Shown here piece after piece: positions 36,130 to 47,589 of a stretch of 64,000 nt of DNA. The stretch is from contig OZ037846.1 in assembly GCA_964035575.1 (NCBI GenBank), positions 558,001-622,000 on the forward strand. The letters run 5' to 3'. The position numbers were made by a program, and so were the translations under genes. Source of the DNA: Rhynchopus sp. YZ270_cl-10. Its lineage: Eukaryota. Every line of letters begins with the position of its first letter. The first letter of the stretch is position 1. Below the pieces are notes generated by a model, which was not told the origin of the DNA, ran no database searches, and saw only the letters and a list, made by a program, of their open reading frames with translations.

Positions 36130-38728
36130 CAGTGTTGTAAAAAGACAGGGTCCTGGCAAAAAAGACCAAAAAAGACCATAAAAGACCAAAAAAGGCCAAA
36201 AAAGACCATAAAAGACACAAAAAAGACACAAAAAAGACATAGAGGGACTCTACCTTGCAGAAAAAAAAGCACTCCACGCGTTTTGAACACAAATCGCAGG
36301 TTTTCCTAAAGCTGAATCTAAATTCTGAAACTAAAACCAAAACTAAAAATGGAAAACCTTTCACCACTCAACCGACTCTTCATCTTCATCGCTGTCGTTT
36401 CCTTCAGCAGGAGCTGCCTCGACTTCAGGAGCTTCTGCTTCTGCTTCTGCGTCGCAGTCAATCACAGGTTCTCCTGGTTTGGCACCCTCGATTTCAAACC
36501 AGGAGTCACCTTTGCCAGTGCGGAGGCAACTGTGAATCTGCGTCAGCTTCGTCACTCGCGCCGAGAGGAGTCGATTCCTCCGCAACTGCGACATCCAGCC
36601 CATTGTGCTGAATTGCCGTTCGAGTTCGGCACTCGAGGCTCGGATCCCCGACACTCTGTACCCAATCCTGCAGAGCTTCACGTCTTTCTCGCTCCCTCCA
36701 TCGCTCTGCACCTCCAGCAAGAATATCCTCCACCACTCCTCTGGTGTCTTGGTCTTCGCAAGATCCCACATCCCGTCATTTGCAAAAATGCCGGATGCAG
36801 TGCGAAACTCGATCAGACACGCCGACAGTGCCGCGCCCCCCAGTTTTTTGAGGTAGGCAGAGGCGTTCTTCTTCACCTCTGCACACGGAGCCCAACCTGC
36901 CAGTTTGGTCAGCGGGTGTTTTGCTGGCAGGTCCTTTGCTTCTTTGTACACCTGTGTGATTGTTGTTGTTGTTGTTGTTGGGATCAATATGGCTGAAGTA
37001 TACCTGAAAAAATGGGTTGAGAAGAGTCGCAGCGGAGAAAACACCGTCCTCGTGAGTGATGTAGCGAGAAACACGCACTTGGATTTTTTTAATAACGTTC
37101 TCCATTTTCTGTTTGTCTTCCACCGTTGCCAAAGCTGCCTTCGTCTCTTTTGCTGCACTCAGAGCTTGCTCAAGAAGCGGAATCACAAACCCAATCCTAC
37201 ACGAATCCGACTGCAACAAGTTGACCACAACACCAGCCTTCTCCACAAATTTGTGAATCGCGCGAATCAGAGGCATGCTGTTGCAGACTTTAAGAATATC
37301 TGGGCAGCGGGCGAGTGCTTCCTCATCATCGGCAACAAGCAACAGAGCCTCTCGGTATTGCGCGACGAAGTCGAACAGCTTTGACGTTGTAGTCCATCTG
37401 GTAATCGCCATAAGCTTTGGCGCGTTCGTTCGCTGACTCAGTTCAGTCTGTTTTTCCTTCAAAACAGCCCTGAGGTAGTCAACATTCTTCAGAGACGCTA
37501 CAACGCTGTTCAGCAACTTTGTCACGTAGTTGAATTCCTGTCCCGTTTCGTTGCCTTTGGATTTCTTGGTCCCGAGACAGTCATTCACCATGCGTTGTAC
37601 AGTATGGGCAGCGCAGACAATGGTGTGCACGTCAATGTTCTTTTTTTTTAGTTCGGCTTTGAAGAGTTTGTTTGCCTTGGTAGCTGTCGTATCTCCATCT
37701 GAAATGAGTGCAACAGCTTTTTTTTGAAATTTTTCTGGTGTTTGCGTGAGGTGTGAAAGAAGCTCCTGCGCGTTGTGTTGTTTTTGTTGTAAGATCCCGC
37801 TGTTCACGATCAATCCTGCCTGCTCCCCTGCTGTTCCGGCGCACGCAAAAACTTTTTCTGCTCGCGAATTTTTCCAGGTGTCCGACTGGAGGGAGATGTG
37901 CTCGTTTTTTGCGAGCTTATCAAACTTCGGAACACAGATGGTGGTGTGCACCTTGTCCAGCAAAGTTGTGGAGATGACGTGTCGGCTGGGTATGTGTTCT
38001 TTTTTTAGCCCTGGTCTCGTTGCCATCATGGCCTCAATAAAAAGTGGACTATCGACTACCGAGAAGGGCACCCCTGCGGCGAACACGAACTTCGCCCAGG
38101 CGAGATGCATCTCCTCGATCTCCTTCGCGTTCGGTGCAGGGATGCAGGGGATGCGGGTTTGGCTCTTTTCGAGCTTCGCCCTCTTTGCAGCAGGCGCTTC
38201 AGCCGGTGCCGTCGTGTCGGAGCGGGATCTTTTCGCCCGCTCTTCTTCCTCTTCGATCCTCTGTTTCGCCCTGTCACTCTTCTTCGGGCAGTCCTCCACG
38301 ATGTGCTTCTTCATCCGTGTGGCTGAAATGCCGTTCTTCGCCAACCTGTACCCGCAGCCCTCCCCCTTGCACTCGAGGTAGTCAACCTCGTTCTCCGTCA
38401 CCTCCACGTACTCCTCGCGGCTCCAGCAGCTCTTCCTCCCTGGCATTTTATTATTATTCCCCTGATTAGTCTGTGTTGATACTCTGTAAGTGTGGGTGTT
38501 TGTGATGTTTGCGGGATCCCTTTTCAGCTCAGCTCCATGGGCTCATAAGCACCATAACCCCAAAAACGTGCGCTCAAAAAAGACCAAAAAAGACCGAAAA
38601 TGCTGGCAAAAAAGACCAAAAAAGACCGAAAATGCTGGCAAAAAAGACCAAAAAAGACCAAAAAAGACCAAAAAAGACCAAAAAAGACACATCAAAAAAG
38701 ACACAAAAAAGACACTGCCACAACACTG
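36130..38728 (-). mobile_element. Autonomous-looking hAT DNA transposon
   Basis: TIR CAGTGTTG / CAACACTG, 8-bp TSD GGGGTAGG at 36122-36129 and 38729-38736, subterminal AAAAAAGACC repeats, transposase gene. Confidence 0.93.
36361..38446 (-). CDS. hAT transposase, two exons (38446-37004 and 36951-36361), 677 aa
   Basis: BED-like finger (CKGEGC..KKHIVEDC), SDTW, SDGD, CAAH, TRW, PEEWW, SSAELERQFS and RRNRL. A 52-nt GT-AG intron at 36952-37003 joins the two ORFs in frame. Confidence 0.92.
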
Positions 38729-38732
38729 GGGG

Positions 38733-39932
38733 TAGGGGATACGACTCCAGCCATTTTGGCTGGGACCAAACGCACGGAAAATTCATTTGGCATTATCTGG
38801 CCATCTCCAAGGCAACTGCGGGTGAAAAACACCCTCAGAGTGGGTCACAGGGGGCCTGTGGGTCGAAAAACGACCCAGAAGCCACCCCAGAATACAAAAA
38901 AATGGAAAAAAATAGTGAAAAAACGGCTTTTTTCACGTTTTGGCCACTTTGGGCAAAATAGCGATTTTTCGAGAAAAAAATCAAAAACCGGGATATTTTT
39001 TGACATCACAAAGCCTCCTTTGGCACAAATATACCCCAAAAGTGGCCTGTGAGTCCATTCCAACCTGTTTTGGACATATTTGACACTTTTGGAAGTGTTT
39101 TTTTGGTGTTTTTAGGTCAAAAAAATGCCCAAGACGTCCCCAAGACATCCCCAAGACACTTTGCACACCCCCTGTTACGGTCATATTTTTTTCGTTTTTT
39201 TGCCTGAAACCCCCAAAATACCCCTCCCGGACCCCACATAGTCCCGAATATCCATCACACACCCACTCAGAGTGAGTAGAAGCACCCCAAAAAAAATATT
39301 TTTTAAAGCCCTTCAACTTCAACATGGATGCTGCCGAAACTGAAGCACAATTTTAGGGCTTTAAAAAATATTTTTTTTGGGGTGCTTCTACTCACTCTGA
39401 GTGGGTGTGTGATGGATATTCGGGACTATGTGGGGTCCGGGAGGGGTATTTTGGGGGTTTCAGGCAAAAAAACGAAAAAAATATGACCGTAACAGGGGGT
39501 GTGCAAAGTGTCTTGGGGATGTCTTGGGGACGTCTTGGGCATTTTTTTGACCTAAAAACACCAAAAAAACACTTCCAAAAGTGTCAAATATGTCCAAAAC
39601 AGGTTGGAATGGACTCACAGGCCACTTTTGGGGTATATTTGTGCCAAAGGAGGCTTTGTGATGTCAAAAAATATCCCGGTTTTTGATTTTTTTCTCGAAA
39701 AATCGCTATTTTGCCCAAAGTGGCCAAAACGTGAAAAAAGCCGTTTTTTCACTATTTTTTTCCATTTTTTTGTATTCTGGGGTGGCTTCTGGGTCGTTTT
39801 TCGACCCACAGGCCCCCTGTGACCCACTCTGAGGGTGTTTTTCACCCGCAGTTGCCTTGGAGATGGCCAGATAATGCCAAATGAATTTTCCGTGCGTTTG
39901 GTCCCAGCCAAAATGGCTGGAGTCGTATCCCC

Positions 39933-39934
<2 letters not shown>
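38733..39934. mobile_element. Palindromic hAT-like element, family A copy 2
   Basis: TAGGGGATACGACTCCAGCC...GGCTGGAGTCGTATCCCCTA followed by about G28. Confidence 0.9.
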
Positions 39935-39967
<33 letters not shown>

Positions 39968-41237
39968 TTCCTAATTTTGCGTTTAAAACGTTTAAAACGT
40001 TTTAAACGTTTTAAATTATTTAAAACGCGTTTTAAACGTTTTAAACGTTTTAAACGTTTAAAACTCGAATAAAAAACGGGTGACAGTTCTGCACAAAAAA
40101 ACGTAAAAAAAGTGGGGGGAATTTTTCGAATTTTTTTTTTCTGTATCAAAAATCATAGTTTTGGTGCATCTGGGGTCAATTTAGCCTGGTTTTTCTTGGT
40201 TTCTCCTGCTAACTTGTTTCCTGTACGGTACCCTAATGAGTGCGCTAAAACCTGGCTGATCAAGCGCTTGGTGCCAGCATTTGATGTGTCAAAAATTCCC
40301 AGCGGGTTCCAGATGGGTAACAGGGTACTTAAGGCTGAGTATGACAGGGTCATGGTTCCTGTGAGAGCAGCCCTAGCAAAGAGCCTGCACATCTCGGTAT
40401 ACGTTGATGGCTGGAAGGCGCACAACGACGAGAAGGTGTTCACCCTTGTCGCGAGGGTGCGGATGCCCGCCCTGTAAGCACAAAAGTTTTGGAGGAGGAC
40501 TTGCACAATGCGGAGGAGATCTGCACGCACCTGCATGAGAAAAAGATAGGTTGAGTGGGCTAGTGTGTGATGGGGACACCATGGGACACCACTGTGTCTT
40601 CTCTGTCCACAACAGCAGCGGCGGACGACCTGGAGAAGTTCATGCGGGTGGAGGACTCCCCTGGTAGAGCTGCTGCGATATCGACTAAGCTACCTGCAGG
40701 CGACAGCTGGCTTGCCGGAGCGATAGAGACTGTGGAGGAGACGGGAGCCTATCGCCACAGCGTACGCGCACCCTTACTGGACCACGACCCCGTGTCACCG
40801 TGGGAGTGGGATCGTACGCTGAATGACGTGCTGATCACCAGAAATACCGGGTGTCAGCAAGAGTGACTCTGCAAGCAGCGAAGAGAACCGGCAAAGGACG
40901 GAACTGGCTCTTGCGGCTCTGCCACCCCACACGGGACGCGTCTACACAGACAGATCCTTGCACACGGTAAACAGAACACTACGCGCTTCACTGACTACCA
41001 GATCAGCGCACCCCCAAGGAGGAGTGGGGGCCATCTTCTACCACAACGACGGCTCCACTACACCAAAGGGGGCACACCAAGCATCCAGTGGCGCAGGCAC
41101 ACTCTGCTCGGCCTATCAGGCAGAGCTGGTGGCACCTTGTAATTAGACACCATGCGGTGTCTAATTACACCGTGCCTGCTGCCACTGAAAAGTTCAGCAA
41201 AGAGGAAAATACCACATTTTTTCGCAAAGACATTTTT

Positions 41238-42167
41238 CACGGGTCAGGAAAGATCTTTTGTCTTTTTTTGTCTTTTTTCGAGAGAAAAAAAAAAAAAATC
41301 AAGATTTTCAGGATTTTTGTCTTTTTTTTTCAGGATCTCTCGAGATCTTTGAGATCTTTGAAAAATCCTGAAAAAAAAAGGAAAAAAAGGAAAAAAAGAG
41401 AAAAAAAGATGAAAAAGATCTTGAAAATCTTTTTTTCTCAAAAAAAAGATAAAAAAGATTTTTGGCATGGATGTCCAAAGTACTTGAAGTACTTTTTTCG
41501 GATTTTTTATGGTACTTGAAGTACTTGACCCCCCTTTTTTTTCCTCTCAAAATGACAGTCAAGTACTTGAAGATTGATCAAGTACTTGACAGAAATCAAG
41601 TACTTGATACCCTATTTTTTTTTCTCGTACTTTTTTACTTTTTTACCCTCTGGCAGAGTCTGTCAAGTACTTGTTTTCGCAAAAAAAACGTCAAGTACTT
41701 GATCAAGTACCCACTTTTTTTTTGTACTTGATCAAGTACTTGACGTTTTTTTTTTTGTGAAAAAAGTACTTGACAGAGGGAGAACAAGTAAAAAAGTACT
41801 AGAAAAAAAAATAGGGTGTCAAGTACTTGAAGTATCAAGTATTGGATTTTTTGGGGGATCAAGTACTTGATATACTTCAAGTACTTTGGACATCCATGTT
41901 TTGGGATTTTGAAAAATCTTTTTGGGAAAAAAAAAAAAAAAGATTTTGAAAATCTTTTTTTTTTTTTTCAAAGATTTCTCAAGATCTCGAGATTTTTCAT
42001 GAAATTTCATGGATTTTTCCAGGATTTTTCAGGATTTTTCCAGGATTTTCAAATCTTTTCTCTTTTTTTTTTTCTCCCAAAAATCTTTTTTTTTTTTTTT
42101 TTTTCGGGAGAAGAGGATTTTTTTTCTCGAAAAAAAAAAAAAAAAAAAAGATCTTTCCCGACCCGTG
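41238..42167. mobile_element. MITE nested in the left arm of the palindrome
   Basis: TIR CACGGGTC(A/G)GGAAAGATC, 6-bp TSD ATTTTT. Absent from the right arm. Confidence 0.85.
41466..41898. mobile_element. MITE nested within 41238-42167
   Basis: TIR CATGGATGTCCAAAGTACTTGAAGTA, 6-bp TSD TTTTGG, many CAAGTACTTG palindromes. Confidence 0.85.
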
Positions 42168-44152
42168 ATTTTTTTTTGCCTGTAAAAAAAAAAAAAAAAT
42201 TTTTTTTTTTTTGCCTGAAAAGCCAAAATTCACCACCGTTTTTTATTCGAGTTTAAAACGTTTAAAACAGTTTAAAACGTTTTAAACTCGAATAAAAAAC
42301 GGTGGTGAATTTTGGCTTTTCAGGCAAAAAAAAAAAAATTTTTTTTTTTTTTTTACAGGCAAAAAAAAATGTCTTTGCGAAAAAATGTGGTATTTTCCTC
42401 TTTGCTGAACTTTTCAGTGGCAGCAGGCACGGTGTAATTAGACACCGCATGGTGTCTAATTACAAGGTGCCACCAGCTCTGCCTGATAGGCCGAGCAGAG
42501 TGTGCCTGCGCCACTGGATGCTTGGTGTGCCCCCTTTGGTGTAGTGGAGCCGTCGTTGTGGTAGAAGATGGCCCCCACTCCTCCTTGGGGGTGCGCTGAT
42601 CTGGTAGTCAGTGAAGCGCGTAGTGTTCTGTTTACCGTGTGCAAGGATCTGTCTGTGTAGACGCGTCCCGTGTGGGGTGGCAGAGCCGCAAGAGCCAGTT
42701 CCGTCCTTTGCCGGTTCTCTTCGCTGCTTGCAGAGTCACTCTTGCTGACACCCGGTATTTCTGGTGATCAGCACGTCATTCAGCGTACGATCCCACTCCC
42801 ACGGTGACACGGGGTCGTGGTCCAGTAAGGGTGCGCGTACGCTGTGGCGATAGGCTCCCGTCTCCTCCACAGTCTCTATCGCTCCGGCAAGCCAGCTGTC
42901 GCCTGCAGGTAGCTTAGTCGATATCGCAGCAGCTCTACCAGGGGAGTCCTCCACCCGCATGAACTTCTCCAGGTCGTCCGCCGCTGCTGTTGTGGACAGA
43001 GAAGACACAGTGGTGTCCCATGGTGTCCCCATCACACACTAGCCCACTCAACCTATCTTTTTCTCATGCAGGTGCGTGCAGATCTCCTCCGCATTGTGCA
43101 AGTCCTCCTCCAAAACTTTTGTGCTTACAGGGCGGGCATCCGCACCCTCGCGACAAGGGTGAACACCTTCTCGTCGTTGTGCGCCTTCCAGCCATCAACG
43201 TATACCGAGATGTGCAGGCTCTTTGCTAGGGCTGCTCTCACAGGAACCATGACCCTGTCATACTCAGCCTTAAGTACCCTGTTACCCATCTGGAACCCGC
43301 TGGGAATTTTTGACACATCAAATGCTGGCACCAAGCGCTTGATCAGCCAGGTTTTAGCGCACTCATTAGGGTACCGTACAGGAAACAAGTTAGCAGGAGA
43401 AACCAAGAAAAACCAGGCTAAATTGACCCCAGATGCACCAAAACTATGATTTTTGATACAGAAAAAAAAAATTCGAAAAATTCCCCCCACTTTTTTTACG
43501 TTTTTTTGTGCAGAACTGTCACCCGTTTTTTATTCGAGTTTTAAACGTTTAAAACGTTTAAAACGTTTAAAACGCGTTTTAAATAATTTAAAACGTTTAA
43601 AACGTTTTAAACGTTTTAAACGCAAAATTAGGAACACTGGGGGGGGTTCGCCTGAGGTGTGTGTGAAGGGATGAGGTAGAAAAGAAAAGAAAGCGTTGAC
43701 GTGACATCAGGCTTCTAGGTCCAAATAAAAGGAAAACGGAAAAGGTGCTGTGAAAAAAGATTCCACCCCAAAGGAGGGGAAGGAAGGAGGGGGGGAGTGG
43801 GTGTGGTAGGGGAAAGGGGAAAGGGGAAAGGGGGAGGTGTGTGTCAGTGTTGTTGTTCGGAGGTGTCGGGGGGAAGAGAGATGTGGTTCCTTCCCATCGT
43901 AGTGTCCGATAAAGCGAAGTGTGGCAAAGAAAAGAAAAGTTGTCAAGTGATGACCCAATCCGTTCGTGTGGGTCAGCTTCTCAAACAGAAATAAGCAGGC
44001 AAAGCACACTCATATGTGAGTGTGTGCCTGTACGTTGTGGAATATAAAAAAGTGGAATGTAACAAAAAGAAGGCAAAACAATAACACAAAAAAAGAGATC
44101 ACATAAAAAAAGGTGGTCACGCGGAGTGGCGTAACCTCTGCTGCCTGAATGC

Positions 44153-45139
44153 TCAGACAATCGAGGTCACAGGGGACTCGTTCAGGCCGCACTCGTTCGA
44201 GCCGTAGGACACACGGATGTATCCAGACTCTCCCCAGGTGGTTCCCCAGGAGTTCTTGATGATCCAGTAGTCAGCGCCGTATCCGACAATGAGCACTCCG
44301 TGGTCAAGCTGGCATCCGAAGATTCCACAGCAGGTCGTCAGCACTCCGCCCGAGTACGACTGCCACTTCTGCGCGTCCACGGCGATGGAGAGGGGTCCTC
44401 CGGTCGACACGAAGGTCTTCATCTGTGCCTCGGTGTGGGTGATGTCCTTGTACGACGAGATCGTGGCCCCAACAGGCTTCCCAGTCAGAGACTCGCAGGT
44501 GTGGCGGATCCCGGTCCCCGACTTGTAGGGGTACGAGTCCTCAGTCACAATGTCTCCGTTGTGGTTCGAGATCAGCCACTTCAGGGCGTTGTCCATCAGA
44601 CCGCCGTTGCAGCCCTGGTCGACCTTGTCGCACGACACAAGCTCCTGCTCCGACACAGAGGTCAGGGTCTTCCCCGACAGCTGCCACTGGCCCTCAATGC
44701 CTCCCGTCGTGGAGAACGCCCAGCACGATCCGCACTGTGCCTGGTTCTTCACGTGGGTCACGGCACCAGCCGACCTCCAGTCCTTCGAGTCGGCGGCGGC
44801 AGCCACCTGCTCCTCAGTGAACATGGCAGGGGGCGACTGCTTCTTCTCCACCTTCATGTTGTGGTACGACTTGAACTCAGCAGCAGACATGTCGGAGAAC
44901 ACGTTCATCCCGAACTGGGCTCCCTTGGTCTGCTCCTTCTCGAAACGCGACGCCTTCAGCATGTTGGCGGTGAAGATCCCGTAGCGGCGCTGCTCCTCCG
45001 TGATGCTCGAGTACTGCTTCCCGTGGTCGTTCTTGAAGGTGTTCCACAGCAGCTGCGAGTTCGCACGCACGTACTGCTCAGAGTAGCCGTGTGCCTGGCT
45101 CGCCAGGAGGGCACACACAACAAGGGACAGGGTGCGCAT
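44153..45139 (-). CDS. Papain-family C1A (cathepsin L-like) cysteine protease, 328 aa
   Basis: Signal peptide MRTLSLVVCALL, I29-type prodomain (FGMNVFSD), QCGSCWAFS, CNGG, LDHGVLIVG, YWIIKNSWG. Confidence 0.96.
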   Translation of the reverse strand: MRTLSLVVCALLASQAHGYSEQYVRANSQLLWNTFKNDHGKQYSSITEEQRRYGIFTANMLKASRFEKEQTKGAQFGMNVFSDMSAAEFKSYHNMKVEKKQSPPAMFTEEQVAAAADSKDWRSAGAVTHVKNQAQCGSCWAFSTTGGIEGQWQLSGKTLTSVSEQELVSCDKVDQGCNGGLMDNALKWLISNHNGDIVTEDSYPYKSGTGIRHTCESLTGKPVGATISSYKDITHTEAQMKTFVSTGGPLSIAVDAQKWQSYSGGVLTTCCGIFGCQLDHGVLIVGYGADYWIIKNSWGTTWGESGYIRVSYGSNECGLNESPVTSIV

Positions 45140-45626
45140 TTTCGTGGATGTTACTGTTTTGCTGAGGGTGTGGGTGAGTAAATCGTGTTTGGAGCAGGGG
45201 ACGAGTGCATCGTGTTGACAATCCAACGGTGGTGCACAGAACACAGCACAATCTTCCTTCCACTAGACTGTATAATATCCGCCTCATACGTCACAAAGGG
45301 TATGCTGTACATTGGCTGGAGGTGACATTGTACACCTGTTGCTTGGTGTTGAATAACGTCGCCTTTGTGCTGCAGAAACACAGAAATCCAGAGACTGATC
45401 AGAGATGTGTCACAACGACGTCGTGCACTCTCGTTGGGTAAGAACACCACATTCTCATCTCGTTCATCACTCGATAAATGACGGTGGGCTTTACACTTCG
45501 TGGAATCATGAATTCGACACAGATTGGAACTAAACTGGACCAAACATTTCCCAAACACAGTTATCAAGAAAGGTCTGTTGAACGTGAAGCAAGTGCCAGA
45601 TGTAAATCTGAGCAAACACAACAGTG

Positions 45627-47360
45627 CTACTTCACGGAACACATCTGAGGGCAACACACAACACTGCACGTCCCAGAAGGAACTGCGTGTGCTGGTGTGC
45701 CAACCCCTCCCGCAGCTGTCCATGCCTCAGCAACGTCAAGGTCAGACTGCTCACCACGCAGGTACCCACGCACGGCAATGTTGTACTCCTCCCAGTGCTT
45801 CTTCCCACCTATCATGTACATCCACTCGTCAACTGAAACTGTTGTGTCCTCTTGTTTCGCAATCACTTCCGCCACAACCTGTGCCTCACAACCAGAGGCA
45901 ACCTCCACCTTGCACGGAAGCAGACGCAGCTGGTGTTCGCACTCAGCATCGCTGAAGCACATCCTGTTGCACACCACATCACACCCCAGCATACGCCCCA
46001 CACGTTCCAGCCCGTTCACATCACGCACAAGCTCCCCCACCATGCTGAACCGACGCATCACCTCACAACCCATGTCACCACGCAGCACCTTCCCAGTCGC
46101 AACACCAGCATTCACCTTCTCACAAAAGCTGCTCGCACCCTTCAGAAGCAGGCTTGCTGCGTGCAGTGCAGATGTGGCATGTGTCGCACACTGCTTCGAG
46201 GCGTTGAACGAACAGTGGATCCTGTCCCCGATGAACACGTCCACCATCCCACATCTTGTCTCTGTTGCCTGCAGGGTCTTCAGGAGGAGAGTGGTGAAGA
46301 AGGAGGAGTAGGTCGCACTGTCCTTCTCCAGCAAATGCAGGGTGTCCTTCACGTTCAGTGTCAGCAGGGTTGTCTTCACCGAGGACAGACCCAGTGGCAG
46401 GCACACTGGCATGATCACACTTCTCGAATGTGAAGACTCTGTGGATGTGTCTGTTGTCTCTGTCAGGTCACCCCCTTCGCTCTCTGAGTCCACCTTCTCC
46501 ACCTCATCCTGAAAAGGCAGACACGTCTTCGGGAGGTACGCTTTGTACATGCGCAGGTTCTTCTCCAGTCTCCACAGGGCAGCAGTCATCCCCTCAGGCA
46601 GGTCACCCCCATGCACGTCCAGCATCTCCGCCACCTGCTCCACGTCGTACCCCGCAAGAAGCGACGCAATCTCCTGCACAACGCTGATCGTGCGCCTCAT
46701 TGACTCCTGCTCCTTCAGCACGTTGTGCGCAAACCTGCGTGTCACGAAGAAGTCGGTGAGGAAGACAGCAAGGGAGGAAAGGGAGCCATGCGGGGGAAAT
46801 GGTATCTTGCAGGGCAAGAACTCGCAGTCTGCCTTTTCGATAACCGCCGCTCTCCTGCTGTGCTCACCTTCGTGCGGTGGCAACCCAGGAAGGTCAAACA
46901 AGCCAAACCTGAAGGATTCCTCACATGCCATCAGGAGAAGCCACACCACTGTCGCACCCACGAACCATGCACTGTGCCGTGATGGGACTTCCATCACAAG
47001 CAACAGGTCCACGAGTAAGATCAGCATTGGCCAGGTAAAGTTTTCAATAGAACGTGAGTGCAAATCCCACAAGCAGATTGCAATGCCAAAGACGTACATG
47101 ATGCCCACCACAAACGTGGTGTGCAGTTGCTGCTTGCAGAGCACCTTCACAATGACAACAGACGCAGCTGTGACGAATATGCAAGACCCGAGTTCGTGAA
47201 CAAGCCGGTCTTGTATGCCACTCTTCTGCTCCTGAAGCAAAGAAAAAACCACAGTCAAGACAGCTGAAGCCACACAGAACGCAAACATGAGGGTGCGCTT
47301 CTTCGCCTCGACAGCACTGAGAGACCCGTCAATGGTCAGTGCGCTGTTCAGGCACCGCAT
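45627..47360 (-). CDS. Multi-TM protein with degenerate class III nucleotide cyclase domain, copy 1
   Basis: Five to six hydrophobic segments, then GMVDVFIGD, NAGVATGKVLRGDMG, FSMVGELV..LE. First ATG at 47360. Confidence 0.85.
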   Translation of the reverse strand: MRCLNSALTIDGSLSAVEAKKRTLMFAFCVASAVLTVVFSLLQEQKSGIQDRLVHELGSCIFVTAASVVIVKVLCKQQLHTTFVVGIMYVFGIAICLWDLHSRSIENFTWPMLILLVDLLLVMEVPSRHSAWFVGATVVWLLLMACEESFRFGLFDLPGLPPHEGEHSRRAAVIEKADCEFLPCKIPFPPHGSLSSLAVFLTDFFVTRRFAHNVLKEQESMRRTISVVQEIASLLAGYDVEQVAEMLDVHGGDLPEGMTAALWRLEKNLRMYKAYLPKTCLPFQDEVEKVDSESEGGDLTETTDTSTESSHSRSVIMPVCLPLGLSSVKTTLLTLNVKDTLHLLEKDSATYSSFFTTLLLKTLQATETRCGMVDVFIGDRIHCSFNASKQCATHATSALHAASLLLKGASSFCEKVNAGVATGKVLRGDMGCEVMRRFSMVGELVRDVNGLERVGRMLGCDVVCNRMCFSDAECEHQLRLLPCKVEVASGCEAQVVAEVIAKQEDTTVSVDEWMYMIGGKKHWEEYNIAVRGYLRGEQSDLDVAEAWTAAGGVGTPAHAVPSGTCSVVCCPQMCSVK

Positions 47361-47589
47361 CGTTGGGCTTTTGATCCTCACAAACCTTTGCTGTGTGTGG
47401 AGCAGGGGTGTGTGGATGTGTGTTGTGTGCACTGGTGGGTGGTGTGGGTTCAGTGTTGGGAGATGGACGTGACCACCACAATCGGGATACTTTGCACAGA
47501 AATTAATGTCACACGGGAGAGGCTGCGCATTTTAGTGGACACGACTGTTTTGGTGATGGGGTGGGGAGTACAGACAGTAGAAGGTGGAG

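Larger units (their letters stand above)
39963..43639. mobile_element. 3.7-kb inverted dimer of a hAT derivative carrying transposase and non-LTR RNase H fragments
   Basis: Ends CAGTGTTCCTAATTTTGCG / CGCAAAATTAGGAACACTG. Identical ORFs on opposite strands (40112-40477 + and 43125-43490 -). Symmetry centre near 42269. Confidence 0.9.

Noticed and set aside
36776..37003. Apparent frameshift or pseudogenisation of the hAT transposase
   Set aside because: Explained by a 52-nt GT-AG intron restoring the frame.
14709..43639. Giant palindromes as amplification or assembly artefacts
   Set aside because: They have transposon termini, family A recurs at two loci and one palindrome has arm-specific insertions. 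Long-read confirmation is still advisable.
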